From Candidatus Eiseniibacteriota bacterium (GTDB lineage Bacteria > Eisenbacteria > RBG-16-71-46): DNA of 64,000 nucleotides. How positions within the stretch are numbered: the first letter of the stretch is position 1; the number at the start of each line of letters is the position of its first letter. The translations under genes and the position numbers were made by a program. The stretch spans positions 2,400,001 through 2,464,000 of the forward strand of contig OY970178.1 in the NCBI GenBank assembly GCA_963707915.1, given 5' to 3'. Under the pieces are notes generated by a model. That model was not told the origin of the DNA, did not search any database, and saw only the letters and a list, made by a program, of their open reading frames with translations. This document shows, one piece after another, positions 23,779 to 33,798 of the stretch.

Positions 23779-25341
23779 CTAGGGCCGCGCGAGCCGGCCC
23801 ATGAACAGGATGCACCCGCTGCGCGTGTCGCGGATCAGGAACAGGAACGGCCGATCGGCACGGAACTCGGGGACGAACGGGACCTGCTCCTGCGGGCCGG
23901 TCTCGGACGCCACCACGTTGATGGCGGTCGCGGCGGCGGCCTCGGCGCCCCGTTCGTTCACCTCGACGAACGCCTTGTGGAACACATCGCCGATGAACGC
24001 TGCGGCGTCCGCGCCCGCCGGCTCGAACATGCCGCCGAACTGCGCGGTCGCGCCGTCGAACGCCCGCGCCATGCCCGCGGCACGCAGCGCGGCGCCCAGC
24101 TGGTAGTCGCCTTCGAGCCTGAACCTGGGCAGCCTCAGGTACACGCGCCGCTTCTCCATCTGTGCGATCCACCGCGACAGCGCCGCGGCGCCGAGGGAGC
24201 GTTCGATCGCCGGAAGGCCCGCAGGCGAGCCGGGCAGGAGGACCACCATGGACAGGTCCCCGCCCTTGTAGGGGATCTCGGCGAGCTGGAAACCGCCGGC
24301 GCCGGGGTAGAGCGTCCCGGTCTTCGGGCGCGATCCTGCCGGGATCATGTGCGGCGTCGGGAACAGGCCGCCATCCGCGCGGAACGCCGCGTAGCGTGCC
24401 CCGCCGAGGCTTCGCTGCATGAGCGCGACCTGCGCGGTGTCGCCGCTCGCGAGGTGGAACGTCTGCGCCTGGGTCGCGGCGACGGAGAAGACCTCCTCCC
24501 ATTCGCCCCTGAAGTAGATCGCGTTCGCCAGGACCAGCCGGGTCAGCCGGTCGACGCTGCCGGGCGGCAGCAGGTCCCGGATGCGCTGCCGGGTCTCGTC
24601 GGCCACCCACCCGTTGATCCGCAGGCGGGCCGCTTCGGGTGCCGTCCGGAAGTCGACCGGCTGGAATCCCCCGGTCCCGTAGTGCCGCGCGAGCGTGGCG
24701 ATGAACTCCGGCCGCGGAGTGTCCGCCGAGTCGCCCCAGATCGCGTTGGCCACGCGCAGTTCGTAGCGGCCGACCTGCGGCGCCAGCTCGTTGACCCGAG
24801 CCGCGAGCGCGGCGGCGCGCTCGCCCGCCGCGATCGCCGCCTGCCAATCGTTCGCGCGCCGCAGGCGGACCGCCTCCCGGTCCTCCTCCTCGAACGCCGC
24901 CCGCAGCGAATCCAGCCGCGCCTGCGCGCCCGGAGGCCCGCTGGCGTCGCCGCGTTCGCCGGCGCGCAGCAGCGCGCCGAGCCCGGCATGCACGGGCCCG
25001 AAGTCCCACGGTCGCGCCGCGGCGTCGGCACCGCGCCGCCGCAACGCGGCCGGCAGGCGCAGCACGTCGCCGATCTGCCTGGCGGTCTCCCCCCTCGCCC
25101 CCTCGGCCGTCATCGCCAGCACGGTGAACACCGAGTACGGCGAGAAGAAGAGGTTGCCGTCCTTCCCGCCGCCGATGCGCCGGTAGAGGTCCACCGCGAA
25201 CGCGTCCTGCATCTGCACCACCCCCGCCACCTCCCCCGGGGACGTGGCGACCCCGCCGGCCGCCGGACCGGCCGGCACGGCGAACGACGACGCCAGCACG
25301 GCGACGAGGACACCACCCGGGACCCAGACCCTCGCTCTCAT
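23779..25341 (-). CDS. Secreted serpin
   Basis: NLFFSPYS, LANAIYFRGEW, hinge EVNERGAEAAAAT and ADRPFLFLIRD; signal peptide. Confidence 0.93.
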   Translation of the reverse strand: MRARVWVPGGVLVAVLASSFAVPAGPAAGGVATSPGEVAGVVQMQDAFAVDLYRRIGGGKDGNLFFSPYSVFTVLAMTAEGARGETARQIGDVLRLPAALRRRGADAAARPWDFGPVHAGLGALLRAGERGDASGPPGAQARLDSLRAAFEEEDREAVRLRRANDWQAAIAAGERAAALAARVNELAPQVGRYELRVANAIWGDSADTPRPEFIATLARHYGTGGFQPVDFRTAPEAARLRINGWVADETRQRIRDLLPPGSVDRLTRLVLANAIYFRGEWEEVFSVAATQAQTFHLASGDTAQVALMQRSLGGARYAAFRADGGLFPTPHMIPAGSRPKTGTLYPGAGGFQLAEIPYKGGDLSMVVLLPGSPAGLPAIERSLGAAALSRWIAQMEKRRVYLRLPRFRLEGDYQLGAALRAAGMARAFDGATAQFGGMFEPAGADAAAFIGDVFHKAFVEVNERGAEAAAATAINVVASETGPQEQVPFVPEFRADRPFLFLIRDTRSGCILFMGRLARP

Positions 25342-26159
25342 GGCTCACGCCCTCCTTCCCGCTCCGGGACCTCGATCATGCCCTCGAGATAGGGCGCGGC
25401 GCGCCCCGCGATGATGACGCGATCCCCCAGGTCCTCGCAGAACAACTCACCGCCACGCGCCGACACCTGCCGCGCGTGCAGCGTGCGCTTGCCCAGCCGG
25501 CCGGCCCAGTACGGCACGAGCATGCAGTGGGCCGAGCCGGTGACCGGGTCCTCGGGCACCCCGACCAGGGGCGCGAAGAAGCGCGAGACGAAGTCGCATC
25601 CCGTGCCCGGCGCGGTGACGCACACCGCGTGGAGCCCGAGCGCCTTCACCCGCGCGAAGTCCGGCTGGAGCGCGCGCACCTCCGCTTCGTCCGCGAACAC
25701 CGCGAGCAGGTCGCGCGACATCAGCGTGGCGAGCGGCGCGGCCCCCAGCGCCTCCGCGAGCCCCGCGGGCGGCGCGCACTCCCGCGCCGGGCGCGACGGG
25801 AACTCCATCGCCAGCAGGTCGCCGCAGCGCTCCACCACCAGCGGGCCGCTCCGCGAGTGGAAGGTCACGCTGGCGCGGGCGGGATCGAGCCAGTGGAAGA
25901 TCACGAAGGCCGACGCCAGCGTGGCGTGACCGCAGAGGTCGACCTCGGCCGCCGGCGTGAACCAGCGGATGTCGTAGTCGCGTCCCGTCCCGCTCCCCGC
26001 GGCGGGCACGAGGAAGGCGGTCTCGGAGAGGTTGTTCTCCGCCGCGATGGCCCGCATGAGCGGCTCGTCGATCCAGCGCTCGAGCGGGCAGACGGCGGCC
26101 GGGTTGCCGGCGAAGACCGCGCCGGTGAACGCGTCCACCTGGTAGAGCGGGAGCCTCAC
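25338..26159 (-). CDS. PhzF-family isomerase
   Basis: QVDAF, GNPAAV, NLSETAF, EVDLCGHATLA and EDPVTGSAH. Confidence 0.92.
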   Translation of the reverse strand: MRLPLYQVDAFTGAVFAGNPAAVCPLERWIDEPLMRAIAAENNLSETAFLVPAAGSGTGRDYDIRWFTPAAEVDLCGHATLASAFVIFHWLDPARASVTFHSRSGPLVVERCGDLLAMEFPSRPARECAPPAGLAEALGAAPLATLMSRDLLAVFADEAEVRALQPDFARVKALGLHAVCVTAPGTGCDFVSRFFAPLVGVPEDPVTGSAHCMLVPYWAGRLGKRTLHARQVSARGGELFCEDLGDRVIIAGRAAPYLEGMIEVPEREGGREP

Positions 26160-26668
26160 CGCGGCGCCTCGCTCGCGGGCGGCGCCGCCCCGTCCGGCCG
26201 CGGCCCGAGCTCCAGCTCCATGAACAGCGCGCCGGGGATGGGGTTGTGGCGGTAGGGCGCGGTCGGCGCGAAGCCCAGCACGCGGTAGAGCGCGATGGCC
26301 TCCGCCATCTGCGGGACCGTGTCGAGCTTCATGCGCGCATAGCCGCGCTCCCGCGCGCCGGCGATCACCGCTTCGCACAGCCGGCGGCCGACCCCGCGGC
26401 CGCGGGCCACCGGCCGCACGTAGAGCCGCTTCAGCTCGCAGGTCCGTTCGTCCAGGGCGCGCAGGGCGACGCATCCGACCGGCCGCTCGCCGTCCATGGC
26501 CAGCAGCAGGGCGCCGCGCGGCGGCGCGTACGCGCCGGGCAGTCCGGCCACCTCGCGGTCGAAGTCCTGGAAGCACAGGTCGAAGCCGACCGCGGACTGG
26601 TACTCGAGGAACAGGTCGCGCGCCGCGGCCAGCTGGGCTGCCGACTGGACCTGGACGGGCCGGATCAT
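26156..26668 (-). CDS. GNAT N-acetyltransferase
   Basis: LCFQDFD, ELKRLYVRPVARGRGVG and AIALYRVLGF. Confidence 0.9.
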   Translation of the reverse strand: MIRPVQVQSAAQLAAARDLFLEYQSAVGFDLCFQDFDREVAGLPGAYAPPRGALLLAMDGERPVGCVALRALDERTCELKRLYVRPVARGRGVGRRLCEAVIAGARERGYARMKLDTVPQMAEAIALYRVLGFAPTAPYRHNPIPGALFMELELGPRPDGAAPPASEAPR

Positions 26669-26753
26669 GGCCGCGAGGTTAGCAAAGAAGCCGTTCGGGG
26701 AGCACCCGGCGAGCGGCGGCCCGCCCCGTCCCCCGTCGCGCCGTCCGCGAGGC

Positions 26754-27680
26754 TCACCGGCCGGTCTCGGGCGCCGGGACGTCGGCGTCCGCGGCCGCGC
26801 GGCTGCGGGCCGAGACCACCACGCCCGCGACGCAGACCAGCGCGGCCCCCACCCACTGGTGGAACACCGGCGCGCGCCCGAACAGGAGCGCCTCGAACGC
26901 GTAGGTGATGACCACGCCGGCGTACGAGACCGCGCTCAGCTTCGCCGCGCGGCCCAGCCCGTAGGCGCGGCTCATCGCCACCTGCCCGAGCCCCCCGGCC
27001 GCCGCGCTCGCCAGCAGCGGCACCAGGGCCCGCGGCGAGGGCACCACGAAGTGCGGCAGCGAGACCAGCAGCAGGGTCACGCCGGCGACGAGCGACATGT
27101 GCAGGGCGATGGCCTCGCTGCTCTCGCTCGGGCCGAGGCGGCGCAGCCGCAGGATGGCGAAGCCGTAGGAGAGCGCGCCCAGCAGCAGCGCCAGGGCCAG
27201 GTCGCCCGAGACGTGCAGCGCCGGCTGCGCCAGCACCGCCACGCCCACGAACCCCAGCGTGGCCCCGGCCAGCACGCGCGGCGGCACGCGTTCGCCCAGC
27301 ACCGGGCCCGAGAACAGCGCGACGAACAGTGGCGCCGTCGCCGTGAGCGTGGCCACGTCGCCCAGCGCGATGCGCTTCGAGCCCAGCGCCAGGAACACCG
27401 CGAGCGCGTTCACGGTGCCGAAGATCGACCGCAGCCAGGCGTTCTTCTGGTCGCGCACCACCAGCGACACGCCGCGCGCGCGGCCGAGCCCCCAGGCCAC
27501 CAGCGCGCCGCCCAGGAAGCGCACGCCGCCGATCTCCCAGCCCGGCAGGTCCGCCGCGCCCCAGCGGGTCGCCTGGCGCATGAGCGCGAAGCAGGTCTCG
27601 GTGACCAGGATCCAGAAGACGCCGCTGCGCAGCAGCCGCAGGGGAAGCGTGGGACGGAACGACGCGGCGGCGGCGGACAT
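26754..27680 (-). CDS. DMT/EamA transporter
   Basis: About 10 TM helices in two repeats; TAPLFVALFSGPVLGE. Confidence 0.85.
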   Translation of the reverse strand: MSAAAASFRPTLPLRLLRSGVFWILVTETCFALMRQATRWGAADLPGWEIGGVRFLGGALVAWGLGRARGVSLVVRDQKNAWLRSIFGTVNALAVFLALGSKRIALGDVATLTATAPLFVALFSGPVLGERVPPRVLAGATLGFVGVAVLAQPALHVSGDLALALLLGALSYGFAILRLRRLGPSESSEAIALHMSLVAGVTLLLVSLPHFVVPSPRALVPLLASAAAGGLGQVAMSRAYGLGRAAKLSAVSYAGVVITYAFEALLFGRAPVFHQWVGAALVCVAGVVVSARSRAAADADVPAPETGR

Positions 27681-27895
27681 GGCGCCTGCAGGATGCCATG
27701 TCGCGGGCGGCGAGGCGAGGGCGGGCGGCGGGACGACCCGGGCACGTCGCGCGGCCGCCGCCGGGCGCGCGTTCCCGGTCGCGCCCGCCCGCATCCCCGT
27801 CCGCGGCCGGCGCTTGCCCGATCTTCGCGCTTCCCTGTAAGCGAATCGGCCCTTAGCCTCGACCTAGTGGACGAGCCGGGAGGAGCGAAAGGGCC

Positions 27896-28483
27896 ATGCC
27901 GAGCGACCTGAAGTCCGATCGGGACCTGAGCGAGCGAGCCAGACGCGGTGACGCCGCCGCCTGGCGGGTCATCTACGACTCGACCTGCGACCGCCTGTTC
28001 GCCTTCCTCTGCTACCAGATCGGCGACCGCGACGAGGCCCGGGACATCCTGCAGGAGACTTACCTGCAGGCGTTCCGCAGCCTGGACCGCTACCGGGGCG
28101 AAGCGCCCCTGGCGGTCTGGCTGAGGGCCATCGCCTTCGGCCGCGCGACCGACTGGAAGCGGGTGTTCCTTCGCCGGCTCAAGCGGACGACGAGACTCGA
28201 CGAAGCGAGCGCGGGCGCGGATCCGGACGTGGACGAGGTGCGGTTCGCCTCCGAGGATCGCGCGCTCCACTGCGCGCTCGCGCGGCTCTCCCCGCATCAA
28301 CGCGCGGCGCTCCTGCTGCGCGAATGGGAGGACCTCGGCTTCGGCGAGATCGCGAAGCTCCTCGGCTGCGCCGAGAGCACCGCACGGGTCCACTACGCCA
28401 GGGCTCGCGAGCACATGCGCGCGGCCCTGCGCGGCAGCGAGCGCCTCCTGGTAGGGCGCGGCTGGGAAGGGCAGGAGTCATGA
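27896..28483 (+). CDS. ECF RNA polymerase sigma factor
   Basis: DILQETYL, WLRAIA and region 4 LSPHQRAALLLREWEDLGFGEIA. Confidence 0.92.
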   Translation: MPSDLKSDRDLSERARRGDAAAWRVIYDSTCDRLFAFLCYQIGDRDEARDILQETYLQAFRSLDRYRGEAPLAVWLRAIAFGRATDWKRVFLRRLKRTTRLDEASAGADPDVDEVRFASEDRALHCALARLSPHQRAALLLREWEDLGFGEIAKLLGCAESTARVHYARAREHMRAALRGSERLLVGRGWEGQES

Positions 28484-31002
28484 AGGAGATCCTCGATCGT
28501 CATGCGGAGCGGCTCACGCCCGAGGAACGGCGGGCGACCTGGAGCCGGATCTCGGAGGCCCGAGCGGCCCACCGGCGGTTCACGATGCGCCGGGCGGTCC
28601 CGGCGCTGGCGATGGTGGCCACCGTGGTGGTCGCGGTCAGCGTGATCGCGGTGCTGCAGCGGGAGCGGTCGCTCCCGTGGAACTCCACCGCGGAGCGGTT
28701 CCTGCGTTCCTCCGCGCCGGTGGTGGAACCTGCGCCTGCAGCGCGACCCGCGCGGCCGGAAGCGCTGCGGCCGGGCACGGTGGCGGAGAGCGGACCCGCT
28801 GCGCAGGCTCCCGCCCACGGGCGCGAGGAGTCGGTCGCCCCGCGGAAGGCCCCGCGGGCGACCGCACCGCCCCGGGCCACCGCGATCGGCCCGCCGGCCG
28901 TGGCGCCGGAGGTTCCGGCCGCCCGAATCGTTCCGCTGCCCATTGCCGGCGCGACGCCGGCCGTCCCCGCATCGGGCGACGCGGGCGTGGTGGAAGGACG
29001 GGTCACGGACGAGAAGAACCAGCCGGTGCCCTTCGCCTCGGTGTCCATCCCCTCGGCCCGCCGGGGCGCGCTGAGCGACGAGCACGGCAACTACCGCATC
29101 AGCGGAGTGGCCCCGGGGCCGACGGAGCTCCAAGTCAGGTACCTCGGCTACCGTCCGACCGCCAGGCGGACCCTCGTCTCGCCGGGAGCCACCTCCACGG
29201 TGGACATCACGATGACCGAGCCGCTCGCGATCCAGCAGCTCGAGAGCATCGAGGTGACGGCGCAGAAGCGCATCCTGGAGACGAAGCAGGGTACGACCGT
29301 GCGGTCGGTCATCCCCGGGCGACTGAAGGAGATCCCGGTCGACAACCTTCGCGAGGCCACCCGCATCAAGGCCGGCATCGTGGCCCAGGGCGGCGAGCTG
29401 CACTTCCGCGGTGGCCGCGGTGACGGGGTCCAGTTCCAGCACAGCGGCATCGCCGCGGCCCCGGCCCAGCCCCCGGTCGTCCCCACGACCGGCGGCACGA
29501 AGCTCCCGAACGACGAGGCGTTCGACTCGATGTTCTTCCGCGACTACGGGGTCAACCCGTTCGTCGCGACCGACGAGGACCCGCTGTCCACGTTCGCGGT
29601 GGACGTGGACGCGGCCTCCTACACCCTGACGCGCCGCTACCTCGGGCTGGGCCAGCTCCCACCGAAGGACGCCGTGCGCGTCGAGGAGTTCGTCAACTTC
29701 TTCAGGCAGGGCTACCCGCGGTTCGAGGACGACGACTTCCGCATCCTCGTGGACGGCGCGCCCTCGGCGTTCGGCGCCGGCTACCAGCTGGTGCGGATCG
29801 GCATCAAGGGCCGCGAGGTGTCGGAACGCGACCGCAAGCCCGCGCGGCTGACCTTCGTCATCGACGTGTCCGGCTCGATGGACCGGGAGAACCGCCTGGA
29901 GCTGGTGAAGCGCGCGCTGCGGCTGCTGGTGGACGAGCTGCATGCCGAGGACCGGGTCGGGATCGTGGTCTACAACACGAAGGGTCGCGTGCTGCTCGAG
30001 CCGGTCGCGCTGGGCGGGCCGCGGCCGTGGCGGGCCCCGTGGGAGCACGCCGACGAGCGCGGCGCCGGCGCGCGGAAGGCGCCGGCGCGCGGCCGCGAGC
30101 GCGTGCTGAAGGCGATCGAGCGGCTCGCGCCCGGGGGCAGCACCAACGCCGAGGAGGGGCTCCGGCTCGGCTACGAGATGGCGCGGCGCGCCTACCGGCC
30201 GGGGGTGATCAACCGGATCGTGCTGTGCTCGGACGGCGTGGCCAACGTGGGCGCGACCGGTCCCGAGGCGATCCTCCGCCTGGTGCGCGGTGAGGCCGAT
30301 CGCGGCATCCACCTGACCACGGTCGGGGTCGGCATGGGCAACTACAACGACGTGCTGCTGGAGCAGCTCGCCGACCAGGGGGACGGGAACCACTACTACG
30401 TGGACGACGAGAAGGAGGCGCGGCGTGTGCTCGTCGAGAACCTCACCGGAACGCTGCAGACCATCGCGAAGGACGCCAAGGTCCAGGTGGAGTTCGACTC
30501 CACGCGCGTGGCCCGCTACCGCCTGCTCGGCTTCGAGAATCGCGACGTCGCCGACCGCGACTTCCGCAACGACAAGGTGGACGCCGGCGAGATCGGCGCC
30601 GGCCACGAGGTCACTGCGCTCTACGAGGTGAAGCTGACGCCCGGGGCCGCGCCGGGGCGGCTCGCGACCGTGCGGTTCCGCTACGCGCGGCCCGAGTACG
30701 AGGGCGCAGGCGCCCCGCGGGTCCGCGAGCTCGAGCGCACGTTCGACGTCGCGGACCTCGCGCGCCGCTTCGAGGACGCCTCGCCCCGCTTCCGGCTGGA
30801 CGCGGCGGTGGCCGAGTTCGCCGAGCTCCTGCGCGGCAGCTACTGGGCCCGCGACGGCCGGTTCGCCGACGTGCTGGCCGTGGCGCGCGAGGCGGCCGGG
30901 GCGCTGGGCGACGGCCCCTCCGCCGAGTTCGTCACGCTGGTGGAAAAGGCGGCCGCGCTGGGGCTGGGGCCGAAGTCGGAAGGGCGCGGCGGGACGAAGT
31001 AG
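28480..31002 (+). CDS. YfbK-like VWA protein with TM anchor and carboxypeptidase-regulatory-like domain (putative anti-sigma/sensor)
   Basis: ATGA coupling to the sigma gene; TM helix; GRVTDE...SDEHGNY; STFAVDVDAASY; MIDAS DVSGSM; SDGVANVG; DAGEIGAGH. Confidence 0.85.
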   Translation: MKEILDRHAERLTPEERRATWSRISEARAAHRRFTMRRAVPALAMVATVVVAVSVIAVLQRERSLPWNSTAERFLRSSAPVVEPAPAARPARPEALRPGTVAESGPAAQAPAHGREESVAPRKAPRATAPPRATAIGPPAVAPEVPAARIVPLPIAGATPAVPASGDAGVVEGRVTDEKNQPVPFASVSIPSARRGALSDEHGNYRISGVAPGPTELQVRYLGYRPTARRTLVSPGATSTVDITMTEPLAIQQLESIEVTAQKRILETKQGTTVRSVIPGRLKEIPVDNLREATRIKAGIVAQGGELHFRGGRGDGVQFQHSGIAAAPAQPPVVPTTGGTKLPNDEAFDSMFFRDYGVNPFVATDEDPLSTFAVDVDAASYTLTRRYLGLGQLPPKDAVRVEEFVNFFRQGYPRFEDDDFRILVDGAPSAFGAGYQLVRIGIKGREVSERDRKPARLTFVIDVSGSMDRENRLELVKRALRLLVDELHAEDRVGIVVYNTKGRVLLEPVALGGPRPWRAPWEHADERGAGARKAPARGRERVLKAIERLAPGGSTNAEEGLRLGYEMARRAYRPGVINRIVLCSDGVANVGATGPEAILRLVRGEADRGIHLTTVGVGMGNYNDVLLEQLADQGDGNHYYVDDEKEARRVLVENLTGTLQTIAKDAKVQVEFDSTRVARYRLLGFENRDVADRDFRNDKVDAGEIGAGHEVTALYEVKLTPGAAPGRLATVRFRYARPEYEGAGAPRVRELERTFDVADLARRFEDASPRFRLDAAVAEFAELLRGSYWARDGRFADVLAVAREAAGALGDGPSAEFVTLVEKAAALGLGPKSEGRGGTK

Positions 31003-31115
31003 CCGCCGGACGGGGCGCCGGGGCCCACCGGAATGGGCCCGCGCTCCGTGGCGCGGGGCGGCCGCTGCCGGCCCCCCGCGCCGCGGCGGTGCGGAGGGCG
31101 AAGGGGCCCGCCCAT

Positions 31116-31187
31116 TACCCCAGCCGGTCCCAGACGCGCTTCGCGCACTCCTTGGCGCGCGCGGCCACCTCGCGCTCGTCCACGTTC
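31116..31187. repeat. 72-bp direct repeat, copy 1 (orphan 3' end of the amidohydrolase gene)
   Basis: Matches 32561-32632 with a single mismatch. Confidence 0.95.
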
Positions 31188-31224
31188 GGCCGGACCTATG
31201 TGGTTATTAGACAAATTATCCATT

Positions 31225-31254
31225 TTGGCTAACCCGAGTTGTTTCTGCTATAAA
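31225..31254 (+). promoter_or_regulatory. sigma70-like promoter, probably giving a leaderless transcript
   Basis: TTGGCT-N18-TATAAA with extended -10 TG, 7 nt before ATG 31262, in an AT-rich patch. Confidence 0.55.
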
Positions 31255-31261
31255 CGACGGC

Positions 31262-32458
31262 ATGGACGCCATCCGAAACCCCTACACACCCGGGGCGGGG
31301 TCTCGACCACCCGCGCTCACAGGCCGCGACAACGAACTCCAGGCGTTCCGGATTCTCATCGAACGTGTCAGGGAGGGTCGCCCCGAGAAGAGCCTGTTGA
31401 TCACGGGGCTGCGCGGAGTAGGGAAGACGGTGCTGCTGAGCACGTTTCGGGATCTCGCCGAGTCGGCCGGCTTCAAGACGGCCGAAACGGAAATCACGCA
31501 CGAGACCAGCTTCAAGCAGATGATGGCCCGTCTTGCGCGCCGAGTGTTGCTTGAACTGAATCCGCTCGAGAAGGCCAAGGACAAGGCGTTCCAGGCCGCG
31601 AGGGTCTTCAAGGCCTTCACGTTGAAACTGCCCGGAGGCTATGAGATCGGGCTCGACATCGATGCCGTCCGTGGAAGAGCGGACTCGGGCAACCTGAGCG
31701 AGGACCTGTCAGATCTACTTTTTGCACTCGGCGAGGCTGCGCGCGAGAAGAAGACCGGGGTCGTGTTCCTTCTTGACGAGATCCAGTTCCTGGAGCGCGG
31801 TGACCTGGAGGCGCTGATCGCGGCCCTGCATTACGCGGTTCAGCGAAGCCTCCCCGTGACGGTGGTAGGCGCCGGTCTGCCGCAGTTGCCAAAGCTGGCA
31901 GGCGAGGCCAAGTCGTACGCCGAGAGGTTGTTCAACTTCCCATCCATCGATCGATTGTCGGATGACGCAGCCTGTGACGCCCTCGCGAGGCCCGCGAGGG
32001 AGCAGGGCGTCGAGTACGCGCGTGAAGCAACGAACCGGATCGTGCGATACACCGGGGGCTACCCGTACTTCCTGCAGGAGTACGGGAAGCACGTGTGGAA
32101 TCTCGCAGAGCGGTCACCCATCTCGCTGGACGACGTGGAACGGGCCCACATCGGCGTGAGAGCGCAACTGGACGAGAACTTCTTCCAGGTCCGCATCGGC
32201 CGGACGACTGCAGCCGAACGCCGCTACGTCTCGGCAATGGCCAGTCTGGGTCGGGGCCCGTACAGGACGGGTGAGATCGCCGCAGAGCTCGGCACGGACT
32301 CTCCGCGGGTGGCCCCGCTTCGAAACCAGTTGATCACGAAGGGGTTGGTCTACAGTCCATCGCACGGGATCACGGATTTTACCGTCCCGCAATTCGATGA
32401 TTTTCTGCGGCGGTGCTATCCGTTCGAGCGAGAGCCGAGAGCCAGACCTCGCCGCTGA
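31262..32458 (+). CDS. AAA_16/STAND-like ATPase with C-terminal winged helix
   Basis: NPYTPGAG, Walker A GLRGVGKT, Walker B FLLDEIQ, GGYPYFLQ; codon usage visibly less GC-biased than the flanks. Confidence 0.85.
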   Translation: MDAIRNPYTPGAGSRPPALTGRDNELQAFRILIERVREGRPEKSLLITGLRGVGKTVLLSTFRDLAESAGFKTAETEITHETSFKQMMARLARRVLLELNPLEKAKDKAFQAARVFKAFTLKLPGGYEIGLDIDAVRGRADSGNLSEDLSDLLFALGEAAREKKTGVVFLLDEIQFLERGDLEALIAALHYAVQRSLPVTVVGAGLPQLPKLAGEAKSYAERLFNFPSIDRLSDDAACDALARPAREQGVEYAREATNRIVRYTGGYPYFLQEYGKHVWNLAERSPISLDDVERAHIGVRAQLDENFFQVRIGRTTAAERRYVSAMASLGRGPYRTGEIAAELGTDSPRVAPLRNQLITKGLVYSPSHGITDFTVPQFDDFLRRCYPFEREPRARPRR

Positions 32459-32559
32459 GCACCTCATCCGCCTGATCCGAGCCTCGGCGTCCCCGGCGGT
32501 GATGGAACCCGCCTAGCCGTCCCGGCAGGACGTCGTCCACCGGACCACCGCACCGGCCC

Positions 32560-33780
32560 CTACCCCAGCCGGTCCCAGACGCGCTTCGCGCACTCCTTGG
32601 CGCGCGCGGCGACCTCGCGCTCGTCCACGTTCACCAGCGTGCCGTTGTCGAGCACGATGTCGCCGCCCACCATCGCGCCCGAGACCGGCGCGCGCAGCAT
32701 GCCCGACCAGAGGTGGTCGAGGAACGTGCGCTGGGTGAACTCGGTCGCCGGCTGGTAGTCCACCAGCAGCAGGTCGGCGGGCGAGCCCGGGGCGATCACG
32801 CCGAGGCCCGCGCCGAAGTGCCCGCCGGCCCAGCGTGCGCCGTTCACGAACAACCGCTGGTAGTGCGCCTCGGCCGGGGCGCCGAACGCCAGGCGGTGGA
32901 TCGGGTCGGGCAGCGGCGGCGCGTTCACGCCGGCATCCGTGCCCCACGCCACCTCGCCCTCGCGCACCAGCGCGGCGACCGAGCCGGCGCCGCACGCCGA
33001 GAGCGCGTCGCCGCGCTCGCGCAGCTCGCCGAGCAGGCCGCGCGGCGCGCTTTCCGCGTGCGCCCAGAGCGTGGGCAACGACCGCGTGCGCCAGCCGCCG
33101 TTCGAGCGCCAGCGCTCGGCGGGCGTCAGGTCGAGGGCCAGGTCCACGTGCACCCCCAGCCGGCCGCCCGCGACGTCGAGCGCCTCGCACACCATCGTGT
33201 CCACGCCCGCGAGCGTGCGCGCCTGCACGCCGATCAGCCCGCTCAGCCGGCCGTCGCGCCGCCGTCCCAGCTCGCTCGCGAAGCCGAGCGACTCCTCGAA
33301 GGCCGAGTGCCGCTCGACCGCGCTGTCCGATTCGCTCGCGCCGTAGCAGGTGGCCACGCGCACGCCCACGCGCGCGGCCGCCGCCACCACCTCGGAGAGC
33401 GAGAGGTCGGGGCAGGCGCCCGAGCGATGGAAGTCGCACACCGCGGTCACGCCGTGGCGCAGGCCCTCGACCAGCGCCGCGCTCACCGACCAGAAGACGT
33501 CCTCGGGCGAGAGCGTGCGGTCGTAGCGGCGCCACTCCGCGGGCGCGCGCAACCCGAGCCCCCGCGCGAGGTGGCGCGCCAGGTGGACGTGGGTGTTGAT
33601 GAAGCCCGGCATCAGCACGCGGCCGCGGGCGGGCCAGAGCGTCTCCTCGGGGTAGGCGGAGCCCAGCACCCCGAGCGGCCCGATCGCGGCGATGTGCGCG
33701 CCCACGACCCGCACCGCCGAGTCCTCGATCACGTCCGGCTGCGTCCCGCCCGTCACCACCGTGCACGGCCCGATCAGCAT
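32560..33780 (-). CDS. Amidohydrolase family protein (SsnA-like)
   Basis: MPGFINTHVH, GVTAVCDFH, GTD and IAPGSPADL. Confidence 0.85.
   Translation of the reverse strand: MLIGPCTVVTGGTQPDVIEDSAVRVVGAHIAAIGPLGVLGSAYPEETLWPARGRVLMPGFINTHVHLARHLARGLGLRAPAEWRRYDRTLSPEDVFWSVSAALVEGLRHGVTAVCDFHRSGACPDLSLSEVVAAAARVGVRVATCYGASESDSAVERHSAFEESLGFASELGRRRDGRLSGLIGVQARTLAGVDTMVCEALDVAGGRLGVHVDLALDLTPAERWRSNGGWRTRSLPTLWAHAESAPRGLLGELRERGDALSACGAGSVAALVREGEVAWGTDAGVNAPPLPDPIHRLAFGAPAEAHYQRLFVNGARWAGGHFGAGLGVIAPGSPADLLLVDYQPATEFTQRTFLDHLWSGMLRAPVSGAMVGGDIVLDNGTLVNVDEREVAARAKECAKRVWDRLG
32561..32632. repeat. 72-bp direct repeat, copy 2 (within the amidohydrolase 3' end)
   Basis: Matches 31116-31187 with a single mismatch. 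Confidence 0.95.
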
Positions 33781-33798
33781 GTCAGCCTCCCGCCCGGC

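Noticed and set aside
31188..31225. AT-rich patch as a dif/Xer site
   Set aside because: Poor match to XerC/XerD arms; better explained as the ATPase promoter region.
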